Assembly (NCBI GenBank): GCA_951406725.2
Contig: OX597824.1
Span: forward strand, 8,432,001 to 8,496,000
Source: Octopus vulgaris
Lineage: Eukaryota
Direction: 5' to 3'
Length of the DNA: 64,000 bases
Position numbers and translations under genes: made by a program. How positions within the stretch are numbered: the first letter of the stretch is position 1; each line of letters starts with the position of its first letter. The notes beneath the pieces are model-generated. The model made no database searches and was not told the DNA's origin. It saw only the letters and a list, made by a program, of their open reading frames with translations. This document shows positions 42,128 through 56,347 of the stretch, in pieces.

Positions 42128-42839
42128 TATTTCAGTTTTAAATTTGAGAGCACTGATAATTAACATGAACCACATATCTGTATATATACACATACAGGTA
42201 TGTGGTTTATGGGAGTCCACATAGTCACCTGATGCTGGTTGGGTGAGCACCATACTGGGCTAAAACTTCTAAAGAGTGACGCAAAACCCAAGTCCTACTT
42301 CGACCTCTTCCAGTAACAACCTGGATATAAGCCAGCTGGAGAGGACGACTGTGGGTGTCTGGCGCACTAGAACCAGGCCACTCCGAGTAGATGGGGCTTG
42401 TGGGTCATGATCGGCAGCTTGTCTAGGAAAAGGACACTCCGATATAAGACATACGACCCTAGGACCTCTCTATCATCGTTCCAGCTTGCTGGGCCACGGC
42501 AGATAAACTCCGGGGGTGTCAGTTCTGCGCAGACTGCGCTTCACCTTGAAACTCAGTAGCACAGGCTGAGGGACCTCTCCACGTCCACGACCACAACTCT
42601 CCAACTCCTTTAACAATGGAAAAGGGGACAAAAACGGCAAGTGGAAGATGTCGCTGGAAGCCGCAGCTCCCAACCTGCGTGCAGGCGGTTCGGAACGTTA
42701 GTTGCCTGGTGTTGACTCGGAGACGATAACATCATTCGTCAGCATCCCGAACGAGCAGCAAGTCTTAACTCGGTATGCAGACGACGTGCACAACAGCCTT
42801 TCTAATCTTCGTCTACCAAGCCAAGCCAAGAAGAGGATA

Positions 42840-42876
<37 letters not shown>

Positions 42877-43012
42877 ATGTATGTATGTATGTATGTATGT
42901 ACGGACGTATGTATGTATGTATGTATGTATGTATGTATGTATGTATGTATGTATGTATGTATGTATGTGTGTGTATGTATGTATGTATGTATATATATAT
43001 ATATATATATAT

Positions 43013-43396
43013 GGAGTGACTGTGTGGTAATTAGCTTGCCTACCAACCACATGGTTCTGGGTTCAGTCCCACTGCGTGGCATCTTGGGCAAGTGTCTTCT
43101 GCTATAGCCTCGGGCCGACCAAAGCCTTGTGAGTGGATTTGGTAGATGGAAACTGAAAGAAGCCCGTCGTATATATGTATATATATATATGCGTGCGTGT
43201 GTCTCTGTGTTTGTCCCCCTAGCATTGCTTGACAACCGATGCTGGTGTGTTTACGTCCCCGTAGCATAGCGGTTCGGCAACAGAGACCGATAGAATAAGT
43301 ACTGGGCTTACAAAGAATAAGTCCCAGGTTCGATTTGCTCGACTAAAGGCGGTGCTCCAGCATGGCCGCAGTCAAATGACTGAAACAAGTAAAAGA

Positions 43397-43397
<1 letters not shown>
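43013..43397 (+). mobile_element. SINE family B, full length
   Basis: tRNA-like head (tgtgtggtaa...ggttcagtcccac), gcatcttgggcaagtg segment, internal microsatellite, tail ...aaatgactgaaacaagtaaaagag. Confidence 0.85.
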
Positions 43398-43456
<59 letters not shown>

Positions 43457-43546
43457 GGAAAGTTTACGAAAATAAACATAAGACGAAGGCCTGGTGGAGT
43501 ACAAACAAACAAATGTATTCGTATGGCGCTCAGGAATAGAAAAAGT

Positions 43547-43582
43547 CTTTTAGGTTTCGAGCCTACGCTCTTCGACAGAAAG
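43547..43582 (-). ncRNA. hammerhead motif variant (CTGTCGA core)
   Basis: Minus strand CTTT-CTGTCGA-A-GAGC(gtag)GCTC-GAAAC-CTA-AAAG; second copy at 49916-49951. Confidence 0.5.
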
Positions 43583-43641
43583 ATACACAGAAAAAAACAA
43601 GGAGAGAAAAAAATGCGTATAGGAGCTAAAGATCTATCATG

Positions 43642-43724
<83 letters not shown>

Positions 43725-44029
43725 TAAACATACATATGTTTGTGTGTGTGTATGCGTTAATATAAATCAGAGATGTGTGTGCGTGCGTATTTGTGTGATT
43801 GTCTATGAGTGTATATATGCATGTGCGTGTGTGAAAGAGAGTGTGTGTATGTGTGAGTGTATATGCATGTGTGAAAGGACGAGAGGAGGAGTACATACAC
43901 GTATCTGTATATATATGTGCGTACGTATGAATGCATGTACACACATATGTATGCATGTGTGCATGTATGTGTGTAAGTATATATGTATGTACGTCTGTAT
44001 GTGTGTATGAATGTTCGTACGTTCACATA

Positions 44030-44182
44030 TATGTATGTATGTATGTATGAATGTATGTATTTATGTATGTATGTATGTATTTATGTATGTATGTATGTAT
44101 TTATGTATGAATGTATGTATGTATGAATGTATGTATTGTGTGTATGTATGTATGTTTGTTTATTTGTATGTATGTATGTATG

Positions 44183-44216
<34 letters not shown>

Positions 44217-44642
44217 TGTATGTATGTATGTATGTATGTATGTATGTATGTATGTATGTATGTATGTATGTATGTATGTATGTATGTATGTATGTATGTA
44301 TGTATGTATGAATGTATGTATACATGCATGTATGAATGTATGTATTGTGTGTATGTATGTATGTATGTATGTATGTATGTATGTATGTATGTATGTATGT
44401 ATGTATGTATGCATGTATGAATGTATGTATGAATGTATGTATGTATGTATGTATGTATGTATGTATGTATGTATGTATGTATGTGTGTATGTGTGAATGT
44501 ATGTATGTATGTATGTATGCATGTATGTGTTATGTATGTATGTATGTATGTATGTATGTATGTATGTATGTATGTATGTATGAATGTATGTATGTATGTA
44601 TGTATGTATGTATGTATGTATGTATGTATGTATGTATGTATG
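44030..44642. repeat. (TATG)n microsatellite
   Basis: Read directly. Confidence 0.95.
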
Positions 44643-45081
44643 TCTGTTTGTAAGTAATACATGAATTTATGTATGTATGTGTGTGTGTACGAAAGTGTGC
44701 CACTATCTATGTATATATGTATGCATGTGTGTGTGTGTGTGTGTTCGTGTGAAAAAAAACGGAGAGAACGTACGGGTATGTATATGAAAGAAGCGTGTGA
44801 TTGTGCATAAATATATGTGTGTGTGTGTGTGCGTGTGTGTGTGTGTGTGTGTGTGAAAGAGATACAGTGTGTGTCTGTTTACGAGATTGTTCATGTGTAT
44901 GTGTGTGCGAAAACGTAGATATGCGTCATGAGAAAGAAAGAAAGAAAGAAAGAAACAAGGAAAGAAGGAAAGAAAGAAAGAAGGAAAGAAAGAAAGAAAA
45001 AAAAAGAAAGAAAGAGAAATGGACGTGGTTGGTCTATGTGTAAGTGAAAGAAATAAAGAGAGGTTAGAGGAAGATGAAGAT

Positions 45082-45145
<64 letters not shown>

Positions 45146-45225
45146 TGTGTGTGTGTCTGTGTCTCGTTTGTGTCCAGTGTGTGTGAGCTTTAAGAAAAAT
45201 CAAACTCGCTGTCTGCCTTTTGTAG

Positions 45226-45277
45226 GAAATTGCTTTACTCAGGGGAGGTCACCAGCTGACTGGCCTCATCAAATGAC
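45226..45277 (+). other. candidate 52-nt exon
   Basis: ctgtctgccttttgtag|GAAATTGC...AAATGAC|gtaagc: good acceptor and donor in unique sequence. One open frame (NCFTQGRSPADWPHQM). Confidence 0.4.
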
Positions 45278-45512
45278 GTAAGCTAATGGCAGCATTTTTA
45301 AGCAGAATATTTTTGCTTGGTTTCCCTGCATCTGTTAATGCTCGCTTTCATTTATTATTATTTTTTAACATTATTTAGCTTCATTTATTTAGTTTTTTTC
45401 TTTCATTCTTTCATTTTTTTCTTTATTTATTTGATAAATCAATAACTTTTCTAACAAAACCTTTTGCACTTCATTTTGGTTTTTTTAAAACTTTCTTTTC
45501 TTTCCTTCAAAC

Positions 45513-45597
<85 letters not shown>

Positions 45598-45626
45598 ACA
45601 CACACACACACACACACAGACACACA

Positions 45627-45676
<50 letters not shown>

Positions 45677-45950
45677 TATTGCATCATTCCCCCCCCGCCA
45701 TCCAGTTTTCTTATTGACCGCTTCGCCCTCTCTTTTATTGCCCGGTGTCACTCGATGTTTGACCTCAGCAACAGAAAACAAAATCTTAACCAAAGAACAA
45801 TCGTTGCAGATTCCACATACCAATTGCAATTTGCTGTTGGTCTTGCTGTTGTGGCTGTTATAATTGTAATTATTTTGACGTTGCTTTTAGCCCTGGGTCT
45901 GCTCTGATCGAGCAGATCTTTTTGCCTTTTCAGACATAATTCTTCTCTTA

Positions 45951-46370
45951 AGGCGGCGAGCTGGCAGAATCATTAGCACGCCGGGTGAAATGCTTAGCGG
46001 TATTTCGTCTGTCGTAATGTTCTGAGTTCAAATTCCGCCGAGGTCCACTTTGCCTTTCATCCTTACGGGGTCGATAAATTAAGTACCAGTTACGCACTGG
46101 GGTCGATATAATCGACTTAATCCGTTTGTCTGTCCTTGTTTGTCCTCTCTGTGTTTAGCCCCTTGTGGGTAGTAAAGAAATAGGTATTTCGTTTGCCATT
46201 CCGTTCTGAGTTCAAATTCCGCCGAGGTCGACTTTGCCTTTCATCCTTTCAGGGTCGATTAAATAAGTACCAGTTACGCACTGGGATCGATATAATCGAC
46301 TTAATCTGTTAGTCTGTCCTTGTTTGTGCTCACTGTGTTTAGCCCCTTGTGGGCAATAAAGAAATAAGAA
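45951..46370 (+). mobile_element. SINE family A with tandemly duplicated body
   Basis: Head at 45951; the core-plus-tail unit occurs twice. Confidence 0.85.
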
Positions 46371-46937
46371 TCGTTAGACCGTCTGAAGAAATGTCATAAG
46401 GAATTTCTTCTGTTTGTTCTTTGCGAAAACTATTTAATGTTACACTGTCCATTATGAAAGCTTTCTGACAACAGTGAAGAAAGGAAGTTCAGATGATATA
46501 ACCATGTAAGAAGTTCTTGTGGCCTTGCAAAAAGAAAAAAAATTGTTTCTTCAAGGAACACCGAAGGGAGATGGAACGAGAAGCAGACAGGAAAAGATGG
46601 ATGGACAGCATCAAAGAAATGGATCGGAAAAAATCATTCGTAGAGACCCGAACCGTGACGCACATCCGGATGTTTCTCCAGAAAGGATTTACTTGTGACG
46701 ATTGAAAAGAATCGGACAAATTGCTATGCCTAATAAAACGAGATGGCTTTTAGAGTTGAAAATCTTGTCCAACATCAAAGCAAAGAAATAAAACTTACAG
46801 AGACGCAAGTTCTGTTTTTGTATGTTTTTTTAATAAAGAGGAAGCGGAAATAGCTAATATCTGTAGGTTTATGTATGGGTAATATGTTTACAAGGCCTAG
46901 ACAAGCATCTGCAGCTAGCAAGCTATGCTACTCCTGA

Positions 46938-46979
46938 CTGATGACGAGTAAGACTCAGAAACTAGTCCCTGGATGCAGG
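46938..46979 (+). ncRNA. hammerhead core with GUC site; stem I imperfect
   Basis: CTGATGA-c-GAGT(aag)ACTC-a-GAAAC-TA-GTC-cctggatgc; palindromic ACTAGT stem III. Confidence 0.55.
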
Positions 46980-48641
46980 CTTCGCTTGGTGGAGGGACTT
47001 ATCTCCCCCTGGTAAACACAAGGACACAGGAAATGTGTCAAGGCCGACAGGAAGCGTTGATGCTTCCTAGGGCTTAATAGCGGTGGTGTGATTCCCTTTA
47101 TGTGACTGTCACGTTAAGTTGACAGTATACAACTGCTCTATCGTACCACCACACATTATATCTCTCTGAGATATTTAGAAATGTAATATTTCTATTCTTT
47201 TACTGTTTAAGAGCTACTATAACTCTGATTAGTGTCGTAACTAACAAAACAAAACTCTGCAGGTTCTGAATATTTGGTGTCGAAGACATACAAAATGGAA
47301 GACAATTTTTTTTTTGAAAAATGCATAAAAAAATCGGATGGTAGAGTTAAAAATACGCTACACTCAAACCGTTAAATACGAAATTAGTTGACATTTGACA
47401 TTTGAATTTTAAAAGACGTGAACTGCAATATGTTAGTATAACATCGCAGCTACGTATTTCTAGATAAAAATGCTTATTCCATAGACTTCCATTTTGATTT
47501 CACAGTGATGATGAAAAGGTCAAGTATCTCGTGGAATTTTCCAACGGACAACTAGTTTATATTCATTGTTATAAACAACTTTATTATACATAATTACTAC
47601 AGAAATCATTGGCTTGGAATAATTAGTTATTTGACTAACTAGAATTAATCTTATTAAAAATTATTTATCAAAAATATAAACAGTTGACTGTATGCTGTTC
47701 ACGTTCAGTAGTTCATAAACGAATCGCTCGTATTCATTATATTACATTTGAACTCTGTTGATCGATACGAAATACTGCATCGAAATATCTTTACAGCTTC
47801 TCATACCACAGTAAAAGTTGGAGGAGATTCTGTACGTTCCTACTTCTGTATTTGGGTTTCCGTCCACTAAATCCGCTGACAAGACATTAATAAGCCTGGG
47901 GTAATAGTAGGTGACATTTGCCCCAGGTGCCGCTCAGTGGGACTAAATCCGAAACGACGAAACTGCAAAGCAAGCTTTTTAACAATCCAGTCATACCTGC
48001 GGGGAATCGATTAAAAAACAAATTATCGTAATTATAATAAACGCCTTCCTTTCATCATCATCCAGTGTTTTAAATCCGGATTTTGTCCCCATCAACGGGG
48101 ATGGCCAGATCTACAACATTGCCATAGCAACCGAGGTAGGCAGGTGCAGCCCACCCCAACCTTTGGGCTGGCGGGTACCCATTCTCCTTTGCTATCATGA
48201 GACTTTCTTGGAGCTGGATTTTCTAAGGGGAGCATGCCCTTGCTTATTCCCATCCTCAGTTTCTAGACAAGGCCTCTACATGATTTTTAAGAAATGTGGT
48301 GGAAAACTATCCCAGGAATGCAGGGACACTACTCCCTGAGACCCCCTTCGGAGCCCTACAATTACTAAAAATATTGCGGTGGATTAAATTGACTCTTCCT
48401 GGAACATTCCAATAATGTTTGTCGTCTTGTGTCCATGTTAGCTGTGTTAGCAATCAAGATTCTTCGTAATCAATTCTAGCAATCAAGATTCTAGGCTTAG
48501 GAGTGGCTGTGTGGTAGGTAGTTTGCTTACCAACCACATGGTTCCGGGTTCAGTCCCACTGCGTGGCACCTTGAGCACGTGTCTTCTACTATAGCCTCGG
48601 GCCGACCAAAGCCTTGTGAGTGGATTTGGTAGACGGAAACT

Positions 48642-49406
48642 GATCAAAAGGGATCGTGAAAAAAAAAACAATCAATAGGGATCGTGTATGACAGAAATGT
48701 CATAATATAAAAAGGGGAAACAGATTAGGGTTATCCGTGGAAAGAAAAGCCTACGGAAAAGAACACGGTAACCTCGGGCAATAATGTCATGCAAAAACAC
48801 ATTACAGTAAGTGACTCTCTTTTTCCTTTCTTTTTCTGGTTCATAGGATTATGCTCAAGCTGGTTCCGTCATTCCACGTGCCATTCTTGGTACATTCACC
48901 CATCTTTTTTTGAAACATTCACTAGACAAAACTTCCCTCTCTACTCTCACCTTCCTCTTCAAGTGATACTTGAAGAAGTTGATGAGAGATTGACCAGAGA
49001 GGAAAGTGTTTGTCTCTAGACCTTTCAGACGTGTCCACCATGCACATTCTTTCGCCATAGCCACAAGGATGATGAAAATAGCTCTTCCTTCCCGTTTCAA
49101 GGAAGGAGGCGCGACAATATTGACGATAGACTCGGCTGATAAAACGACTCGTCCCACACGTGATAGCAGTCGTTCGATATAGGTCCACAGGTCCGAAATG
49201 GTTGGACACTGTACGAGTGCATGCAGAACGGTTTCGTCACTCTGACCGCATCTCGAGCAGGTCGGACCCGTGTTTCTCGAGTCGTGTCTGTAGAGCTTAT
49301 CCCGAATGGGTAGCGCTTCTCGACAGTACTGCCAGGCCAGGGATCTCTGGAAGTTGTCCATAGGTCTCGACCCGAAAGTCATCTTGAACAGGCGGGTCAA
49401 GTATTC

Positions 49407-49409
<3 letters not shown>
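48642..49409 (-). mobile_element. Tx1/L1-like LINE 3' fragment (zf-RVT CCHC region) nested in a SINE B copy
   Basis: AWQYCREALPIRDKL...CSRCGQSDETVLHALVQCP. SINE B head lies at 48499-48643 and its 3' half resumes after 49410. Confidence 0.85.
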
Positions 49410-49443
<34 letters not shown>

Positions 49444-49754
49444 TGTGTCTGTGTTTGTCTCCTACAATCGCTTGACAACTGGTATCGGTGTGTTTATGCC
49501 TTCGTAAACTAGCGGTTCAACAAAGGTAACCGACGAAATAAGTACCAGGCTTTAAAAAACAACAACAAAAAACCCCCAAAATATGGGATCAATTTGTACG
49601 GTTAAAAATGCAAGGCCGTGCCCCCGAAACAAACACAATAAATAAATAGATAATTAAATAAAAAACAAACAAACATTCTCTTAAGTCATAATTTCGTTGG
49701 ATTGTAAACCCAGTCAAACTACAACATTTTGTCAGTCTATGAAAAGAAAGACTA

Positions 49755-49822
<68 letters not shown>

Positions 49823-49915
49823 TGAGAATTTACAAAACAAAAAAACAAAGGACGGAGACGGGTGTGTAAACAACAAACAGATGTATTAGTTTAAGGTTGG
49901 GGAAAGTGAGAAAGT

Positions 49916-49951
49916 ATTTTACGTTTCGAGCCTACGCTCTTCGACAGAAAG
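49916..49951 (-). ncRNA. hammerhead motif variant (CTGTCGA core), copy 2
   Basis: Minus strand TTT-CTGTCGA-A-GAGC(gtag)GCTC-GAAAC-GTA-AAA. Confidence 0.55.
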
Positions 49952-50153
49952 GAAAAACAGAAATAAACAGGGAGCGGAAAAGATGCCAACCCCTCAAGAT
50001 ATGAAATAAGAAGTCCTGTAATCAAATAATGCTTATTTGTTTTTCTGTTCTCAAGAAATTGGTTTCATTTTCACGAATTCTTAGAACTGTTTCCGACCTT
50101 TTCTTTAGGCTCTGCAGATACATCCACATAATTCAGTATTATGCATACAAACG

Positions 50154-50256
<103 letters not shown>

Positions 50257-50384
50257 CACGTTCTGTACGCATATAAACATAAACGTGTTAGAGTACATAT
50301 ATGTATGTGTGTGTGTGTGTATACGCGCCTATATATACACGCATAACACATATATAGATATATACAGGCAACACACATACATTC

Positions 50385-50486
<102 letters not shown>

Positions 50487-51031
50487 GTATATATTCATAC
50501 ATACATATACATACACCACACACACTCTCTCACACACACACACACACATGCACATAGATCTAAAAGCCTAAAAGGTTTCACATGAGTAAATATGTATTGA
50601 ATAAATAAGAAAAAGGAAAATGTGTAGAGAACTTTAGGATGGAAAATAAAAACGATAGATATATATATTTTAGAGTAAGCCTCAATCGTTTTCGGTCGTT
50701 TTAATATATCTTCCGTCTGGAATGCAACAGAAAAAAATTAAATAGATTAAATTAAATTGGCCTCTCATAATATCAATTCTGGTAATTCACGTTTTCTGAT
50801 AGAGATTACATGTTGCTGTGCTTCGATTTCCGCGAAGTGGGGGGATGAAATCAAAACCACATGTTTGCTGGTATTAAAACCGGAAACGACATGAATCACT
50901 AAACCGAAGATCAGAGATACTGTCTCGTTGTCGTTGCCAGGAAAAATCTCTGTTGAACAACAGCATCCATATGTCTTAAAGTCAACGGCCTGTTTATTCA
51001 ATTGAAAAAACCGCATTATTTATGGGAAGAC

Positions 51032-51113
<82 letters not shown>

Positions 51114-51189
51114 TTAGGGAATAAATCCAAACTTACAGGGAAAAATTAGATTTAGGATTAAATCCAATTTTATAGTATATATATAATAT

Positions 51190-51318
51190 TATATTAAATT
51201 AGAGATAAAACCACTATTAGGCAAATCAAACAGTGAAAAACATAAGCCATTTATGTATTGGCTTATGTTTTTCACTGTTTGATTTGCCTAATAGTGGTTT
51301 TATCTCTAATTTAATATA
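51190..51318. repeat. apparently perfect inverted repeat, about 60-bp arms, 9-nt loop
   Basis: tatattaaattagagataaaacc...cataagcca pairs with tggcttatg...ggttttatctctaatttaatata; flanked by (TA)n. Confidence 0.85.
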
Positions 51319-51319
51319 A

Positions 51320-51369
<50 letters not shown>

Positions 51370-51739
51370 CTGTTGATAGATATAGGTAATATCTATATCT
51401 ATCTATCTGTCTCTTTCTCTCGCCCCCCTCTCTCTCTCTATATATATATGCATATATATACATATAGTTATACACACACACACGTATGGTACAATTAATT
51501 TTGACTGGAACTTTTAAGTTTCGGTGAAAGCTGATTTATTCCACCTCAAAATCGAACATACACATAAAGGTACACACACACGCATACACACACACACACA
51601 CACACACACACATACGCATAAATATAATTATATATGTGTGTTTATGTGTGTGTATGTACATATACATACATAATACATACATACGTACATACCCACACAT
51701 AATATATCCGTACATACATACACATACAGATAATACATA

Positions 51740-51987
<248 letters not shown>

Positions 51988-51990
51988 CTC

Positions 51991-52070
<80 letters not shown>

Positions 52071-52098
52071 ATCTATCTATCTATCTATCTATCTATCT

Positions 52099-52656
52099 CG
52101 TCTGAAAGGATTGGAGACAAACACTTTCCTCTCTGGTCAATCTCTCATCAACTTCTTCAAGTACCACTTGAAAAGGAAAGTGAGAGTAGGGAGGCAAGTT
52201 TTGTCTAGCGAATGTTTTAAAAAAAGATGGGTGAATGTAGCAAGAATGGCACGTATGAATGACGAAGCCACCTTGAGCATAGTCCTATGAACCCAGAAAT
52301 CGAAAACAGAGAGTTGCTTATTTGCAAAAAAAAAAAAAGAAATATAAAATGTGACATCATTGACCGAGGTTACCGTGGTCTTTTCCGTAGGCCTTTCTTT
52401 GCACGGGTAAACCTCACCTGTCCTCCCCTTTACACTTCATATTGACATTTCTGTGATAACGATCCCTATTGATCAATTTTTTTCCTCCCCCTTTTTTTTA
52501 AACCCCCTTTTTTTTGTCCTCTTCCTCTCCTTTTACGATCCCTTTTGATCGAAACTCCCCCTTCCTTTTTTTTTTTTTTTTTAACCTTCAAAAGAAAAGC
52601 TCTACCTTGTAATTTGTTCTATCTGTGTGCAGCCCTGTGTGGCTAATAAAGAAACA
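52099..52656 (+). mobile_element. Tx1/L1-like LINE 3' end within (TC)n/(TATC)n
   Basis: Encodes [29 protein letters not shown], as at 48855-49020; ends ...gccctgtgtggctaataaagaaaca followed by TATC repeats. Confidence 0.85.
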
Positions 52657-52838
<182 letters not shown>

Positions 52839-53559
52839 AGTAAATATCTATAAGGCTATTCAGAACGAGGCAGCTACGGACACGTTTATCCACAATAGAC
52901 AAAATCATTTGCATTGCATCTCCTACAAAAGCGTGGCTCGTTGCCAACATAATAAATCACATTATACACTGAAAGCACACATACGCACACCCACACACAC
53001 ATACGCCTTCGCATAGAGACAGAGAAAGATTTGAAGAATTACTGTCACAGAGCAAAGAGCTCGAGAATATTCTGTGCATTAAAGAAAAAAAAATCCAAGC
53101 CAAGAATGGTTTCCTAAACGCCGTTGTTGAACATAAATATGACAACCTAGTAACCAATGCAAATGAAATAACGGTTTGATGGAGAGAGAATATTGTATGG
53201 AAGAACTTTACAGTCACAGAACAGATGTAGATAGTAACGTGCTAAAGCAATTAAGACAGGAATTTTGCTCTAATATATATAATAACATGAGCCAGGAATC
53301 ACTGCAGATGAAGTTATACAAGCAATTAGGAAACTAAAATGTAATAAATCACACGGAACGGTAACATAAGTGCAGAGGTTGTTAAAGAAAGGAGGTGAAT
53401 ATGTCACAGAGACTTTGTGTAGTGTTTTGTAACGTTTTGTCAGTGTTTTGCGTACTGTAGACTGGGCCGAATAAAGCGAATGGAATCAATTGTTACGATA
53501 CTGCCAACGATGGGAAACGTGAAAAAAATTACCAAAAAACAAAAAGAAAAAACATAAAA

Positions 53560-53979
53560 GGGATCTTTTCGGTTTGAACGGCAGTTTTTACGAGCGGTGT
53601 CATATGAAATTGTTACCCATAATTATGACCCTAGTATCGATCTATTGCATTTCAATCTGTTTTAGGGTTAGGGTTAGAGGTGGGGGATGGGTATCTTTTT
53701 TCTTCAGAAATGTAAATAAACCCAATCTGTTTCTTAAACGAGGGACATATTCATACGACACAGAATGTTTTTTTTTTACCTCAATGGACGTCATTGATTG
53801 ATTGAAATTGCAGAAATTGAAGAAAACAACAACAAATATCTTACAAACTATAGAATTTTCTCAATAAAGCCAAGAGAAAAAGATGTTTTATAAACACATT
53901 CTACCAGTATACGAAGTTTAAATTTTTTTAGTTACCTAGAAATTATGTTAAAAACTGCCGTTCAAGCCGAAAAGATCCC
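53560..53979. mobile_element. 420-bp MITE with 30-bp TIRs and internal TTAGGG repeats
   Basis: gggatcttttcggtttgaacggcagttttt pairs with aaaaactgccgttcaagccgaaaagatccc (1 mismatch); A-rich flanks. Confidence 0.85.
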
Positions 53980-54859
53980 AAAAAAGCAAAAAAAGCACAA
54001 GAATAAAGAAATGTGCGTCGGTTAATTTAATTTGCTATTTAAGTATGGTTTTCTTTTGCTTTACTTTAAGATGCCAAGAACAAAAATGAAATTTGGTGAA
54101 ACAGTCTGGTTTCCAAAAAGAGAAAGGTTTGTTAAGTAGATTTATAACGTCAATCGTTTATTAGAAAAAATACTTGGAATGTCTATGAGTCCTTTGCCAC
54201 AATTTCATTGACTTCAATAAATAAATACTTTTATTTTACTAGTTTTCTTACTAGAGCTGCGGCCATGTTGGGGCACTGCCATTAAAAAATAAATAAGAGC
54301 TCTTTGTCATGTCTGGCAGGGAACACATCAATCAACCAACACTTTGGGTTATAAATTATAATAAAATAAAATATAGGCGAGGCAAACGGAAGTGTTGTAA
54401 GGTTATTATACGAATCAAACCAACATACGCACTTGAAGTAGACTTAGATTAAAATACCGGAGTATGTAACATTTGGAATGTTTATGTAAATGTAGAACGG
54501 CACTAGCTGCAATATGTTGCTCCAGAGAATCTTCTTAAAGAGACTCTAGTGTTTAAAGGATAACAATAACTAAAAAGGTTTTGCTCAGAAAACTGCTGGA
54601 TCGTCAGACATGGCGTTTCTACTTGATTGTGTCCCCTCAGTGATGAGCACTCAAAACGTTCTGAGCCAAAAATGATTGTTCTGATATAGAAACCAGTACA
54701 CGAAACATTTATTGATACGTGTTTAAACCAGAGATCTGAGCGAAGTCCTGTGTTTTGACTTTAACAAATGTCTCTTTGAGAAGTTACTCTAAGTCAAAAT
54801 AGTGACGATTCACACGTGTATACACCTTATAGATATTATGCACAACGATATTATCATAT

Positions 54860-55092
54860 AAGGCGGTGAGCTGGCAGAAATGTTTGCATGCCAGACGAAA
54901 TGCTTAGCGGTATTTCGTCTGTCTTTACGTTCTGTGTTCAAATTCCACCGAGGTCGACTTTGCCTTTCATCCTTTCGGGGTCAATAAATTAAGTACCAGT
55001 TATGCACTGGGGTCGATGTAATTGACTTAATACCTATGTCTGTCCTTGTTTGTTCCCTCTATGTTTAGCCCCTTGTGGGTAATAAAGAAATA
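54860..55092 (+). mobile_element. SINE family A with 13-bp TSD
   Basis: TSD gatattatcatat at 54847-54859 and 55093-55105. Confidence 0.88.
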
Positions 55093-56098
55093 GATATTAT
55101 CATATGAACATTAAAAATTTGCTTTTGACTGGAAATTCACCAAACAACCGCTTCAAAACAGTAGTTGGTGTCAAACAAGGGCGCGTTCTTTTACCAGCCT
55201 ATTTCGGTGTGTTTCTAGGATACATTATATGACGGAAACCCTTGAAGTTTTATTGAAGGAAGAGTGTAATCTTCATTTTATCGATTGAACAGGACAAAAT
55301 ATAGAAACACTTAAAGATCTAACAACTTGTCTTAGTACAACTGTAAGAAGATAAGAAATGGTTATTCCAGCTAAAAGAAAGAAGTAAAATAATGGTAATT
55401 GAATAAAGCAAAAAGAAAATGCTAAATCCGATTGTAAGAGTAAGAAAGATTTTCATACAAGTTGATGATTTTTAAATATTTGGAGAAGAATAATAAAACG
55501 GAAGATGCGAGATCAAATAAATAAAGAAATTAATGCCAGATTGCAGTAGCCATAGCAACTTCAGAAAAACCGGACCTCGTTGGGGGGAAAATAAGAAAAG
55601 ATTAAAAGAATGGCAAAATTCCGTTTTGTTGTGATCAATAATAACTTCAATTGCAATTTATGGGTGCGAATTATGGACGTTAGATGCTGAAAGTGCGAAG
55701 ACGATGGCGTTTGAAATAAGATGTTATAGAAATGTAACAGAAAGATGCTTTTCAGCTCTATATAGAGAACATCAAGCTAACGAGGGTGATAAGGAAGAAA
55801 TTGAGAGGAAGGCCGTAAACCATAAAACTCTTCTGTCAATGTGATAAAAAGGTGAAAAATGATGTTGGCTTGGTCGAGTAACACGACACCATGACACTCT
55901 GCCTTTAGAAAATATGGACATGTATAAACAAGGCTCTGACTAAAGGGTGATAGGAAGATCCTGAAGGAAGGTTGCTGAGTAACATCAAGGAATGGACAGG
56001 GGCGAAGGGTGTGGAAAGGGGGTTGGCTGATAACTAGGAGTAAAGAGAGAGAAGATTTGTGTCCCCTGTGCACCTACGTTAGCGCTAGACCATGTGCT

Positions 56099-56252
<154 letters not shown>

Positions 56253-56283
56253 CTAATTTTTGTCTACTATTCACACACGCATA

Positions 56284-56347
<64 letters not shown>

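Larger units (their letters stand above)
52900..55990 (+). pseudogene. highly decayed RTE-like reverse transcriptase remnant (interrupted by a MITE and a SINE)
   Basis: Scattered motifs: VGVKQGRVL (about 55164), YGCELWTL...MAFEIRCYR (about 55659) and LKCNKSHG (about 53330); many stops and frameshifts. Confidence 0.6.

Noticed and set aside
46517-46705. Short ORF with RKRWMDSIKE
   Set aside because: Resembles the C-terminal end of an RTE-type LINE ORF; too short and decayed to call as a gene.
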